From assembly GCA_020718275.1 (NCBI GenBank), contig DYSI01000004.1, forward strand, positions 3,518 through 67,517: 64,000 nt of DNA, given 5' to 3'. The stretch is from Draconibacterium orientale. GTDB taxonomy: Bacteria; Bacteroidota; Bacteroidia; Bacteroidales; UBA1556. Under the pieces are notes generated by a model that was given only the letters and a program-made list of their open reading frames with translations, was not told the DNA's origin and did not search any database. Position 1 is the first letter of the stretch. The number at the start of each line of letters is the position of its first letter. Shown here one piece after another: positions 56,029 to 64,000 of the stretch. The position numbers were made by a program, and so were the translations under genes.

Positions 56029-57495
56029 ATGGAACAATACTTCGAGAAGTTTAAAAACAAAACAACTGGATCCAGTCAAAGTTTTGAAAGTCCTTATGGC
56101 GTTCAGAAAATAATTTATGCTGATTGGATTGCGAGTGGACGGCTTTATCAACCGATTGAAGACAAAATATCGAATACCTTTGGTCCATTTGTGGCCAATA
56201 CCCATACTGAAACCAGCGAAACAGGCACAATAATGACCCATGCTTATCATGAAGCCAAGCAAATTATACGGCGCCATGTAAACGCATCAAAGACCGATAT
56301 TGTGCTGAATGTAGGCTTTGGAATGACAGGCGTTATCAATAAATTTCAAAGGATTTTGGGATTGAAATCCTGCAATGGGTTGCAAGAGTTGGATTGTCCA
56401 CGGCGCAAAACCGAACGCCCTGTGATATTTATAACCCACATGGAACACCATAGCAATCACACCTCCTGGTACGAAACTTTGGTAGATGTGGTCATTCTAA
56501 AACCCGACAGTCGCGGCTGCATCGATTTGGCAGCAATGGAAGAAACAGTGGCGAAATATAAAAACCGCAAACGCTTGATTGGGAGTTTTACCGCCTGCAG
56601 CAATGTAACCGGCATCGAAACCCCGTATCATAAAATGGCAGCCATCATGCACAAATACAATGGTTTATGCTTTATTGACTTTGCAGCATCCGCCCCTTAT
56701 GTGGATATTGATATGCATCCTGCAGACCCTAAACAATCCCTTGATGCGATTTTCTTTTCTCCACATAAATTTTTAGGTGGACCTGGTTCCTCTGGCGTTT
56801 TAGTTTTCAACAGCCAATTGTACACCTTGCATTCTCCCGACCAACCAGGCGGAGGAACCGTAGAATGGACCAACGCATGGGGAGAATACCGCTATAGTGC
56901 AGATATTGAAGCCCGTGAAGATGGAGGTACGCCAGGATTCCTACAAGCAATTCGTACCGCTTTGGCAATCAAAGTGAAAGAAGAAATGGGAACCGCTAAT
57001 ATTCGCAAAAGAGAACATGAGCTTTTAGAAATTGCTTTCGCTGAAATGGAAAAAGTGCCAGGATTACATATTCTAGCCGATGAAATTAAAGAACGTATCG
57101 GCGCAATTTCTTTCTACCTCGATAACATCCATTACAACTTAGTAGTCAAACTCCTAAATGATCGATTCGGGGTACAGGTGCGAGGCGGTTGTGCCTGCGC
57201 CGGCACTTATGGGCATTATTTGCTTGACGTTTCGTATGAAGATTCTAAGAAAATCACCGATTTAATTGACCGTGGCGATTTAAGCCAAAAACCTGGATGG
57301 ATACGTTTGTCAATTCATCCAACGATGACCAATCAAGAGATTTATTTGATTAGTGATGCCCTACTGCAAATTCAGCAAAAGGCCAACGAATGGAAGAAGG
57401 ATTATATCCACAATATCAAAACCAATGAATTTGAGCATATAAACGCTAGTGAGAAAGACAAGTATCAAATTCATCAGTGGTTTAATTTCCATTAA
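56029..57495 (+). CDS. class V aminotransferase-fold PLP enzyme (cysteine desulfurase / selenocysteine lyase-like)
   Basis: 488 aa. PLP-lysine context FFSPHKFLGGPGSSGVL. Confidence 0.75.
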   Translation: MEQYFEKFKNKTTGSSQSFESPYGVQKIIYADWIASGRLYQPIEDKISNTFGPFVANTHTETSETGTIMTHAYHEAKQIIRRHVNASKTDIVLNVGFGMTGVINKFQRILGLKSCNGLQELDCPRRKTERPVIFITHMEHHSNHTSWYETLVDVVILKPDSRGCIDLAAMEETVAKYKNRKRLIGSFTACSNVTGIETPYHKMAAIMHKYNGLCFIDFAASAPYVDIDMHPADPKQSLDAIFFSPHKFLGGPGSSGVLVFNSQLYTLHSPDQPGGGTVEWTNAWGEYRYSADIEAREDGGTPGFLQAIRTALAIKVKEEMGTANIRKREHELLEIAFAEMEKVPGLHILADEIKERIGAISFYLDNIHYNLVVKLLNDRFGVQVRGGCACAGTYGHYLLDVSYEDSKKITDLIDRGDLSQKPGWIRLSIHPTMTNQEIYLISDALLQIQQKANEWKKDYIHNIKTNEFEHINASEKDKYQIHQWFNFH

Positions 57496-57497
57496 TT

Positions 57498-58388
57498 TTG
57501 AAAAAGATAATCCTCTCCCCATATATTTTGGTCATTTTGGCCATGCTATTTTGGGGCATGTCATACGTTTGGGTAAAAATCGTATACCAATATATTGGGC
57601 CCTTAAGCACTGTATTTCTGCGAATTTCATTAGCAACGATTATACTGCTTAGCTTCGGTTTACTCTTCAAAAAGCAGCTTTTTGCATCCAAGAAAGATTT
57701 ACCAGCCTTTCTATTGCTTGCCTTATTTGAGCCATTTGCATACTTCCTAGGCGAGAGTTATGGTTTGCAGTTGGTTTCAAGTTCAATTGGCAGTATCATG
57801 ATTGGAACTATTCCGTTATTTATTCCATTTTTTGCATTTTTCATCCTTAAAGATCGAATTAGCATTTTCAATATTGTAGGTTTGCTTATTAGTTTTGCAG
57901 GACTGCTAGTGTTAATTCTAAACAAAGATTTCACATTTGACGCCTCGCCACTTGGCATTTTGTTGATGCTTGTAGCCGTTTTATCTGGAGCCTTATACAC
58001 CATTCAACTGAAAAAGCTATCCGGAAAATACAGCAGTTTCACCATCCTTTTTCTGATGAATTTTATAGGCCTTATTTATTTCATACCGTTATTTTTAGTC
58101 TTTGAGTTGAAAGAATTAATACAGACAAACATTGATATTCGGTTTTTAAGCGCCCTATTTCAATTGGTAATTTTTGCAAGCATTGGGGCCATGTTACTTT
58201 ATATTCAGGTAGTTGAGAGGATTGGGGTAACAAAAGCCAGCGTGTTTACCAACCTTATCCCTATCATTACCGCCATTGGAGCTTGGGTGATTCTGCCAGA
58301 TGAATCTTTGAATCTAAAACTTGTAAGCGGAATTCTAATCGTAGTGACAGGGATTTATATCGGACAAAAGGGCGAAAGCAAAAACTAG
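57498..58388 (+). CDS. DMT superfamily (EamA) transporter
   Basis: 296 aa. 10 TM helices in two EamA repeats. TTG start 2 bp after the preceding stop. Confidence 0.75.
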   Translation: MKKIILSPYILVILAMLFWGMSYVWVKIVYQYIGPLSTVFLRISLATIILLSFGLLFKKQLFASKKDLPAFLLLALFEPFAYFLGESYGLQLVSSSIGSIMIGTIPLFIPFFAFFILKDRISIFNIVGLLISFAGLLVLILNKDFTFDASPLGILLMLVAVLSGALYTIQLKKLSGKYSSFTILFLMNFIGLIYFIPLFLVFELKELIQTNIDIRFLSALFQLVIFASIGAMLLYIQVVERIGVTKASVFTNLIPIITAIGAWVILPDESLNLKLVSGILIVVTGIYIGQKGESKN

Positions 58389-59026
58389 CCTCCGATTAGA
58401 AAAATATCTTGCAAGATAGGTTTTAACCCTTTAAAGAAAAATTCTACCGCAATAACCATCATTATCAAACCCATCAATTTAAGCATGATTTTATTTCCAG
58501 TTTCGCCAACTTTTTTCACAATACTTCCTCCGGCTACTAGTGAAATATACGTGATTAAAAGCACGATAAGAATGGCAACCGGCAAGATAATTTTATAGGC
58601 AACAGATTGAGCATCTTGCATCAATACGATAGCATTGGTAATTGAGCCAGGCCCAGCAATCATAGGAATACCAAGTGGTGTAACAGCAATATCCTCCATC
58701 TTGGTTTCAATATCTTTTTCATCGAATTTGATGCTACTAAAACGTGCATTGAGCATTTCGTAACCCATGACGAAAAAGATAACCCCTCCGGCAATCCTAA
58801 AACCATTGACCGAAATCCCAAAGAATTTGAATAAAATTTCACCAGCAAAAGCGAAAATTGTTAAAGTAATAAAAGCAGTTAAAGTAGCTTTAAAGGCTGT
58901 TTTGCGTCTTTGAGCCGACGTTAAATCAGAGGTCATGGTCATAAAAACAGGCACCACTCCAATCGGGTTTATCAGGGCTAAGAAACTGGTAAAAACAAAT
59001 AATCCAAAAGCGATCAAATCTTGCAT
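58385..59026 (-). CDS. MarC family (UPF0056) integral membrane protein
   Basis: 213 aa. Six TM helices. The N-terminal FLALINPIGVVPVF pattern is typical of MarC. Confidence 0.75.
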   Translation of the reverse strand: MQDLIAFGLFVFTSFLALINPIGVVPVFMTMTSDLTSAQRRKTAFKATLTAFITLTIFAFAGEILFKFFGISVNGFRIAGGVIFFVMGYEMLNARFSSIKFDEKDIETKMEDIAVTPLGIPMIAGPGSITNAIVLMQDAQSVAYKIILPVAILIVLLITYISLVAGGSIVKKVGETGNKIMLKLMGLIMMVIAVEFFFKGLKPILQDIFLIGG

Positions 59027-59073
59027 GTGTTATAAATTATTGGCAGTTTAATGAAATCGATCCTTAAAAAAAA

Positions 59074-59613
59074 CTATAGCTTATAGCTTAACCCGACCGC
59101 AAAAAAGGACGAACCAAAGCCAGTTTGCGCATACAAACTCAAATCGTCGGAAAAATTATAGCGCCCACCAACCGAGGTGCTAAAATCAAATCCAATTTTA
59201 TTGGTATTATTAGAATAGCTAGCCAAGTATAATCCAGAAGAACTTGTAATAAACACATCAAATTGATCAGGCATTTCAGGTATAAGCCAATCAGCATAAT
59301 AGGTCGCTTTTGCCCCTAACGAAATTACGCTTTGATTTAATCCATTCAAATTATTCCCAAACCCAAGCCCTATTATGGGACCTAAGGTTAGATTTGGATC
59401 TATTAAGGGAATTTCAAAGTCTGCAAAAGCACTCAAGCCAAAGCATGAAGCATTATATTGTGAAGGAGCAAGATAGAAATTAAGCGCAGAACCCACTTGA
59501 CCAGAATTGGGGTCAGGACGATATGAATTCCTTAATAATGAGGTGTTTAAACCATCAGCCATTAGAGAAGTGATTAGACACATAAAACTAAAAAACAAGA
59601 TACTTTTTTTCAT
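59074..59613 (-). CDS. small outer-membrane beta-barrel protein
   Basis: Start taken at MKKSILFFSFMCLITSLMA (signal peptide). Alternating beta-strand pattern with a C-terminal aromatic residue (...VGLSYKL). The track ORF N-terminal extension was rejected. Confidence 0.6.
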   Translation of the reverse strand: MKKSILFFSFMCLITSLMADGLNTSLLRNSYRPDPNSGQVGSALNFYLAPSQYNASCFGLSAFADFEIPLIDPNLTLGPIIGLGFGNNLNGLNQSVISLGAKATYYADWLIPEMPDQFDVFITSSSGLYLASYSNNTNKIGFDFSTSVGGRYNFSDDLSLYAQTGFGSSFFAVGLSYKL

Positions 59614-59728
59614 AGAAAATGAATATTTGTAGGTTCTTAAGAAGTTGCAAAGATATTTGTTTAATTTAAACCAATGCAGGTGTTTCCAAAAGCTAGCGTA
59701 ATTTATGGAATAAAAAAAACAACAGATT

Positions 59729-60031
59729 TTACTGCCAATAATCAACCACCACGGATTCGAGCGGGATGGTTTTCATAAAATTAAGCACTGTGATATGAAT
59801 AGGATGCATACTATAGGTGAGCAGATCGTCCTCGTTTAAAAACTGCATATTCAGCGCAATATCGTAGGCGTTTACCCGCGGGCTTATATTTTTTCCTACC
59901 TCCATTTTAGCAATCTCCGCAATTTGCGATTCCATACCTAGAAGTTTTTTTCGCAAATTGATTAATTGTGCTTCTCGCAAGAGTAAATCTTTCTCAAGAC
60001 TACGAATCAGAACTATATGTTTAAGTACCAT
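59729..60031 (-). CDS. Dabb (stress-responsive alpha/beta barrel) family protein
   Basis: 100 aa. HIVLIR... N-terminus, GKNISP..AYDIAL..F, and Y..HP.H motifs of the Dabb domain. Confidence 0.65.
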   Translation of the reverse strand: MVLKHIVLIRSLEKDLLLREAQLINLRKKLLGMESQIAEIAKMEVGKNISPRVNAYDIALNMQFLNEDDLLTYSMHPIHITVLNFMKTIPLESVVVDYWQ

Positions 60032-60264
60032 AACTTTATAAATTAAATTTCATCCTCTTTAAAATCTTATCAAACAAACCTTCGTTTAGCAAAGTATTTT
60101 TTTTAAAACACTAGTAATAAAAGCTTTAACCACACATCCAGCCATTTATTATAATTCAAAATACAATAAAGTTTCAGCCTTAGATTTTACACCCTGCGAA
60201 TGGATTTCAAAATTACTAAATTTGCAAACACATAAATTATTAATCATCAAAAATATTCCACGCT

Positions 60265-61386
60265 TTGAAAAAGAAACTCCATTTAATTATCCTGTTTGTT
60301 TTTGTCCAGAATATCATTTATTCTCAACAAATAGTTAAACCTGGATTCGATCCCAACGAATATCGCAATGCCCTATTAATCAACAGCCAGTTTATGGACA
60401 GTACCTATCGGATAAAAAGCAGAAAACCACTTGCTAATCAAATATTTAGATCAGAAATTATGGGGCTTGACAACCAATGGGATTTTTGGATCGACCATCG
60501 AGGAGTAGGTATCATCAGTATACGCGGCACTGCGCCTACCAAAGACAGTTGGTTAGCCAATTTCTATGCAGCCATGGTATCCGCCAAAGGGGAAGTAAAA
60601 CGAGGTGACGGGCATATTTTTAAATACCAATTGGCGGAGTCAGATAAGGCATACGTGCATATTGGTTGGCTGATTGGCCTTTCGTATATGGGAGAAGACA
60701 TTGCAGCCTTCATTCTGAAAAATTATCAAAACGGAATGCGTAATTTCGAAATTGTTGGGCATAGTCAGGGAGGCGCACTCGCTATGTTGGTACGTTCATA
60801 TCTTGCCTATTTACCAAAGCCACTTCCTTCCGATATTTATCTAAAAACTTACGCTAGCGCTGCTCCAAAACCTGGCAATATGGCTTTTGCCTACGATTTT
60901 AACTTAGTCACTCGCGATGGCTGGGCTTTTCGGGTGGTGAATCCTTTAGACTGGGTTCCTGAAATGCCTTTCTCTATCCAGCGAACTACCGATTTGAATC
61001 AGGTGAATCCAATTGCTGAAATGAAAAAGAAAAAGGATAAAACTAAGGAAGTAAAATCGAAAAACAAAGCGCCATGGATTTTGAAATTATATGTAAAACA
61101 TATAGTAAATAAACTCGATAGGAAAACACGTAAAGCCCAAAAAACCTATTCTAAAGTGCTTGGCAAAAAAGCTAATTTATTGGTAAACAAATCTATAAAG
61201 GGATTAGAACACCCTGATTTTGAAGAGAGTTTTAACTATATGCCCTGTGGTAGTCCTGTTATTTTACAACCTACGCAAGCTTATTTTACTCAATTTATTG
61301 ATGGAAAAGCCGAGAACGCCTTTATTCATCACATGTACGACCCTTATCTTTTCTTACTCAATCAAAACTATCCCGAAAAGGAATAA
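60265..61386 (+). CDS. class 3 lipase family protein
   Basis: 373 aa. TTG start, signal peptide, nucleophile elbow GHSQGG. A TAaaTTTG -7 box lies about 45 bp upstream. Confidence 0.7.
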   Translation: MKKKLHLIILFVFVQNIIYSQQIVKPGFDPNEYRNALLINSQFMDSTYRIKSRKPLANQIFRSEIMGLDNQWDFWIDHRGVGIISIRGTAPTKDSWLANFYAAMVSAKGEVKRGDGHIFKYQLAESDKAYVHIGWLIGLSYMGEDIAAFILKNYQNGMRNFEIVGHSQGGALAMLVRSYLAYLPKPLPSDIYLKTYASAAPKPGNMAFAYDFNLVTRDGWAFRVVNPLDWVPEMPFSIQRTTDLNQVNPIAEMKKKKDKTKEVKSKNKAPWILKLYVKHIVNKLDRKTRKAQKTYSKVLGKKANLLVNKSIKGLEHPDFEESFNYMPCGSPVILQPTQAYFTQFIDGKAENAFIHHMYDPYLFLLNQNYPEKE

Positions 61387-61391
61387 AAAAC

Positions 61392-61751
61392 ATGAACAAT
61401 CCCGAAGAAATACGAAGCTATTGCTTATCGAAAAAAGGAACCAGCGAAAGCTTTCCTTTCGATGAAACCACCTTGGTTTTTAAGGTCATGAATAAAATGT
61501 ATGCTTTGCTTAATTTAGAAAATCCAATAAGCATTAATCTGAAATGTGAGCCTGAACAAGCCATAAAATTGAGAGAAGAATACCATTTTGTGGTTCCTGG
61601 ATATCATATGAATAAGTTAAATTGGAATACTATAATGCTTAATGAATCATTCAAATCATCGCTACTAAAAGACTGGATTGATGATTCTTATAATCTAATA
61701 ATTGCTAAATTATCGAAAAAGGAAAAAGCACAATTTGACGAATTAGTCTAA
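61392..61751 (+). CDS. MmcQ/YjbR family DNA-binding protein
   Basis: 119 aa. The pattern YCLSKKGTSESFPFDETTLVFKV..KMYAL matches the family. Confidence 0.75.
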   Translation: MNNPEEIRSYCLSKKGTSESFPFDETTLVFKVMNKMYALLNLENPISINLKCEPEQAIKLREEYHFVVPGYHMNKLNWNTIMLNESFKSSLLKDWIDDSYNLIIAKLSKKEKAQFDELV

Positions 61752-61771
61752 GCGAAAAAGTTGAAACTCGA

Positions 61772-62272
61772 TTAGGAAAAATGCTGCACTATGGCTTTGC
61801 TAATGTCCATTACTGCTGGACAAGTTTCGAGATTTTTCTCGGTAATAGTCAGTAGCTGATAAAACCTTTTGCGGTCGGTATGAGGATATTCACGGCAGGC
61901 CTTCGGGCGATTTTCGTACACCATGCAATAATTATCTGACAAAAGAAACGGGCAAGGCATCGATTTGAAAACATAATCCTGATCCTCATCAATCAATAAA
62001 TACTGAGAAATAAATTCAGAAGGTTTCATCCGCAACTGCTTAGAAAGTCTGCTAATATCCAAATCGGTGATGCGAGGTCCTAAACTCTTACAGCAGTTTG
62101 CACAAGATAAGCAGTCAATTTGCTCAAAAACGGAAAGGTGCAAAGCCTGAGCAAGCTCATCTAGTTCTTTGGGTTTCTTTTTTTTCAAGGTTGAGAATAC
62201 CTTATGAATTTCAACCTTATGTTTCTGATTTTCAATCTTTAAATTAGCTAATTTCTGCACTGTTAAGTTCAT
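61772..62272 (-). CDS. YkgJ family cysteine-cluster protein (UPF0153)
   Basis: 166 aa. CLSCANCCK cluster plus a downstream CPFL...C...RPKACREYP. Confidence 0.75.
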   Translation of the reverse strand: MNLTVQKLANLKIENQKHKVEIHKVFSTLKKKKPKELDELAQALHLSVFEQIDCLSCANCCKSLGPRITDLDISRLSKQLRMKPSEFISQYLLIDEDQDYVFKSMPCPFLLSDNYCMVYENRPKACREYPHTDRKRFYQLLTITEKNLETCPAVMDISKAIVQHFS

Positions 62273-62317
62273 ATTAGAATGTTGGCGGTTTGCATAATCG
62301 TCATTAGTATTTCACAA

Positions 62318-63424
62318 TTAAATCATTATTTGAGCCAATGCTTCGCTAATTTTGGACTCATAAATTGCTTCGGTACGTTCAAAACCCGAATAGTTGGAAT
62401 ACAATTTCAGTACTTTATCGAGTTTGAAATCCTTTTGCTGCATCGATAAAAAACGTTTTTGTCGCGACAAACGCTTTGCTAGATACAATTGTTCAGTTTG
62501 CCCAGGAGTTGGCACCAAAACAGCCATTTTCCCTGAAAAATATAAGTCCATAAGCGAGCTATACCCACTTCGACAAATTACCAAATCAGCCTTTTCCATT
62601 TCCGCCCAAAGCGCGTCATCTTCCAAATGACTAAAGATTTGCAATTGCTTAATATTATTAGAATACTGATTATCAATGACTCCACGAAGCAAAACACTAG
62701 AATGAGGATAAGTAGAAAGGGCATCAATGAGTATTTTCTCGAAATGCGAACGCGCAGGTTCAGGACCTGAGACCATGGCCAAGATGCGAGGAAACTCACT
62801 GACCGCTTTTTTATTTTTACACACCTTCTGTTTCGAAAAGCGGCTTAATGGACCGAGGTAAAATAGCGGCATTTTCCCAAAATCAGTTTGCGACAATTGA
62901 CCCGACAAAGCTTTTTCGGTATTAAAATCAGGAATCCATAGCTGTTGAAAATGCCGCAATTGCCTTTGATGCTCCCATTTCAAAAACAATTGAGTAAACC
63001 ATAGCCATTTTGGTGGCTGTATTTGAAGTTGATGGGTAATAAAAATAGAAGGGATAGCTTGATTATAAACACCATAACGATTGTCGCTAATAATCAAATC
63101 CGGTTTCAAAAGATTGACAAGATGATCCACCACCTGCTTTTCGCTCCGAATCGATTGCTTGATATTTGGCCATTGAACTAACATATTAATCAACATCGAA
63201 GGATGCGTATAATGAATATTGTAAGATGGCAAACTAAAAGATGGTATGATTGGAAAAGATTTTTGCAGAAATGTGAGTGCATTGCCCGAAGAGGCGAGAA
63301 AAACCTCCCAATCGCGCTTTAGAAAATCATTAACCACCGGCACCAAACGCGTAGCATGTCCCAAACCCCAATCCAGTGCTGCGATCAATACTTTTGGTTT
63401 TTTGCTTATATTACTCATTTTCAA
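62318..63424 (-). CDS. GT-B glycosyltransferase (MurG/GT28-like, MGT family)
   Basis: 368 aa. N-terminal DWGLGHATR motif and a C-terminal GYSSLMD...PTPGQTEQ nucleotide-sugar binding region. Confidence 0.7.
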   Translation of the reverse strand: MKMSNISKKPKVLIAALDWGLGHATRLVPVVNDFLKRDWEVFLASSGNALTFLQKSFPIIPSFSLPSYNIHYTHPSMLINMLVQWPNIKQSIRSEKQVVDHLVNLLKPDLIISDNRYGVYNQAIPSIFITHQLQIQPPKWLWFTQLFLKWEHQRQLRHFQQLWIPDFNTEKALSGQLSQTDFGKMPLFYLGPLSRFSKQKVCKNKKAVSEFPRILAMVSGPEPARSHFEKILIDALSTYPHSSVLLRGVIDNQYSNNIKQLQIFSHLEDDALWAEMEKADLVICRSGYSSLMDLYFSGKMAVLVPTPGQTEQLYLAKRLSRQKRFLSMQQKDFKLDKVLKLYSNYSGFERTEAIYESKISEALAQIMI

Positions 63425-63910
63425 TTATATTATTGTAGTTTTCTGTATTTTATGATGCATATTTCATATTTATTTTTGCAATCAAACCATGTATTTTACA
63501 GAAATCACCATAATCCATACATAAAATTTGCAAATCACTACCTCAGTTCAAAAACCAGCTAAATGCATATTTCATAAGTCAACAGTCGAGACCAATATTT
63601 ATCTATCTACCTAATTAATAATCAATTAGTTAAAAAGGACTAAACAAGAATATGAAAGTTCAAATATAATATTTTTTAGGGAGGATAGGATAAAAAAAAG
63701 CTTTTATGGAACGATGCCTATTTAAAAGTAGCAATCAATGTTTGCTTTTCGGCTGCCAATCTACCTCCAATGGAAAAACCAGAACGAAAACGCTAGTTAA
63801 GAGAACGTTATGCATATTACAAAATGCAATTCAATGATTAAAAAGGTTCATTGTGGAGATTTATTTTTCGTAATTTTTTTTAAATAAATCTGTAAAGCCA
63901 TTCCGCAATA

Positions 63911-64000
63911 CTACTGATTCATAAACCCCTGTTGGCGAATAGCTTCCAGAAAAAGATTAGAGAAATCCACATTCATCGACTTGGGATAGCGTTTTTGAGT
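63911..64000 (-). CDS. 3' end of an unidentified gene entering from the right edge (partial)
   Basis: Open frame ...TQKRYPKSMNVDFSNLFLEAIRQQGFMNQ* with its stop at 63911-63913. Too short to identify. Confidence 0.3.
   Translation of the reverse strand, partial: TQKRYPKSMNVDFSNLFLEAIRQQGFMNQ

Noticed and set aside
59614-59745. A 44-residue N-terminal extension of the beta-barrel protein ORF.
   Set aside because: The extension has an implausible composition (MIIGSKICCFFYSINY...), whereas the internal MKKSILFFSF... is a canonical signal peptide.
63455-63576. The 14-bp direct repeat ATGCATATTTCATA at 63455-63468 and 63563-63576.
   Set aside because: It is a short, AT-rich, single pair in a promoter-like intergenic region with no further structure. 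It could be two -7-box-like promoter elements or chance.
1-64000. Scan for CRISPR arrays, tRNA, rRNA, tmRNA, RNase P RNA and SRP RNA in all intergenic regions longer than 150 bp.
   Set aside because: I saw no regularly spaced repeats, no T-loop (GGTTCGAAT-like) cloverleaf candidates and no GC-rich structured blocks. This was a by-eye scan, so small ncRNAs cannot be excluded.

Overview
This is an AT-rich (roughly mid-30s % GC by eye) chromosomal segment from a Bacteroidota, probably Flavobacteriia-like, bacterium. Supporting signs are gldF/gldG, a type-B T9SS C-terminal sorting domain, TAnnTTTG -7 promoter boxes and almost no Shine-Dalgarno sites. About 60 protein genes are supported, mostly housekeeping. 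They include a MarR-led fatty-acid beta-oxidation cluster (fadN-fadA-fadE-thioesterase-fadD), htpG, trmB, kdsB, dnaN, cdaA-folP, trxA, hppA, a ClC channel and several membrane glycosyltransferases. I found no rRNA, tRNA or CRISPR array. I did not recognise a clearly novel multi-gene system; the findings below are mobile-element, island and gene-decay observations plus smaller oddities. The signals not explained by ordinary gene content are as follows. (1) A 71-bp MITE with perfect 9-bp target-site duplications is present three times. Two copies are identical. The third has its 47-bp core inverted relative to its termini (a flip/flop isomer). One copy splits a DUF2461 gene. Another sits exactly at the start codon of a Spy/CpxP-like gene in an ECF-sigma envelope-stress module. 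(2) A 2.4-kb type II restriction-modification cassette lies between mntP and a CDF transporter gene. It carries an HTH-fused C5 cytosine methyltransferase and a convergent, overlapping endonuclease gene. It is bracketed by 67-bp direct repeats (65/67 identical), which suggests insertion with long target duplication. The endonuclease gene is frameshifted in an A5 tract. (3) Gene decay is unusually dense, including a DUF2029/GT87-like glycosyltransferase with two nonsense codons and two frameshifts. Functional calls rest on motif recognition from the translated ORFs, with no database search.
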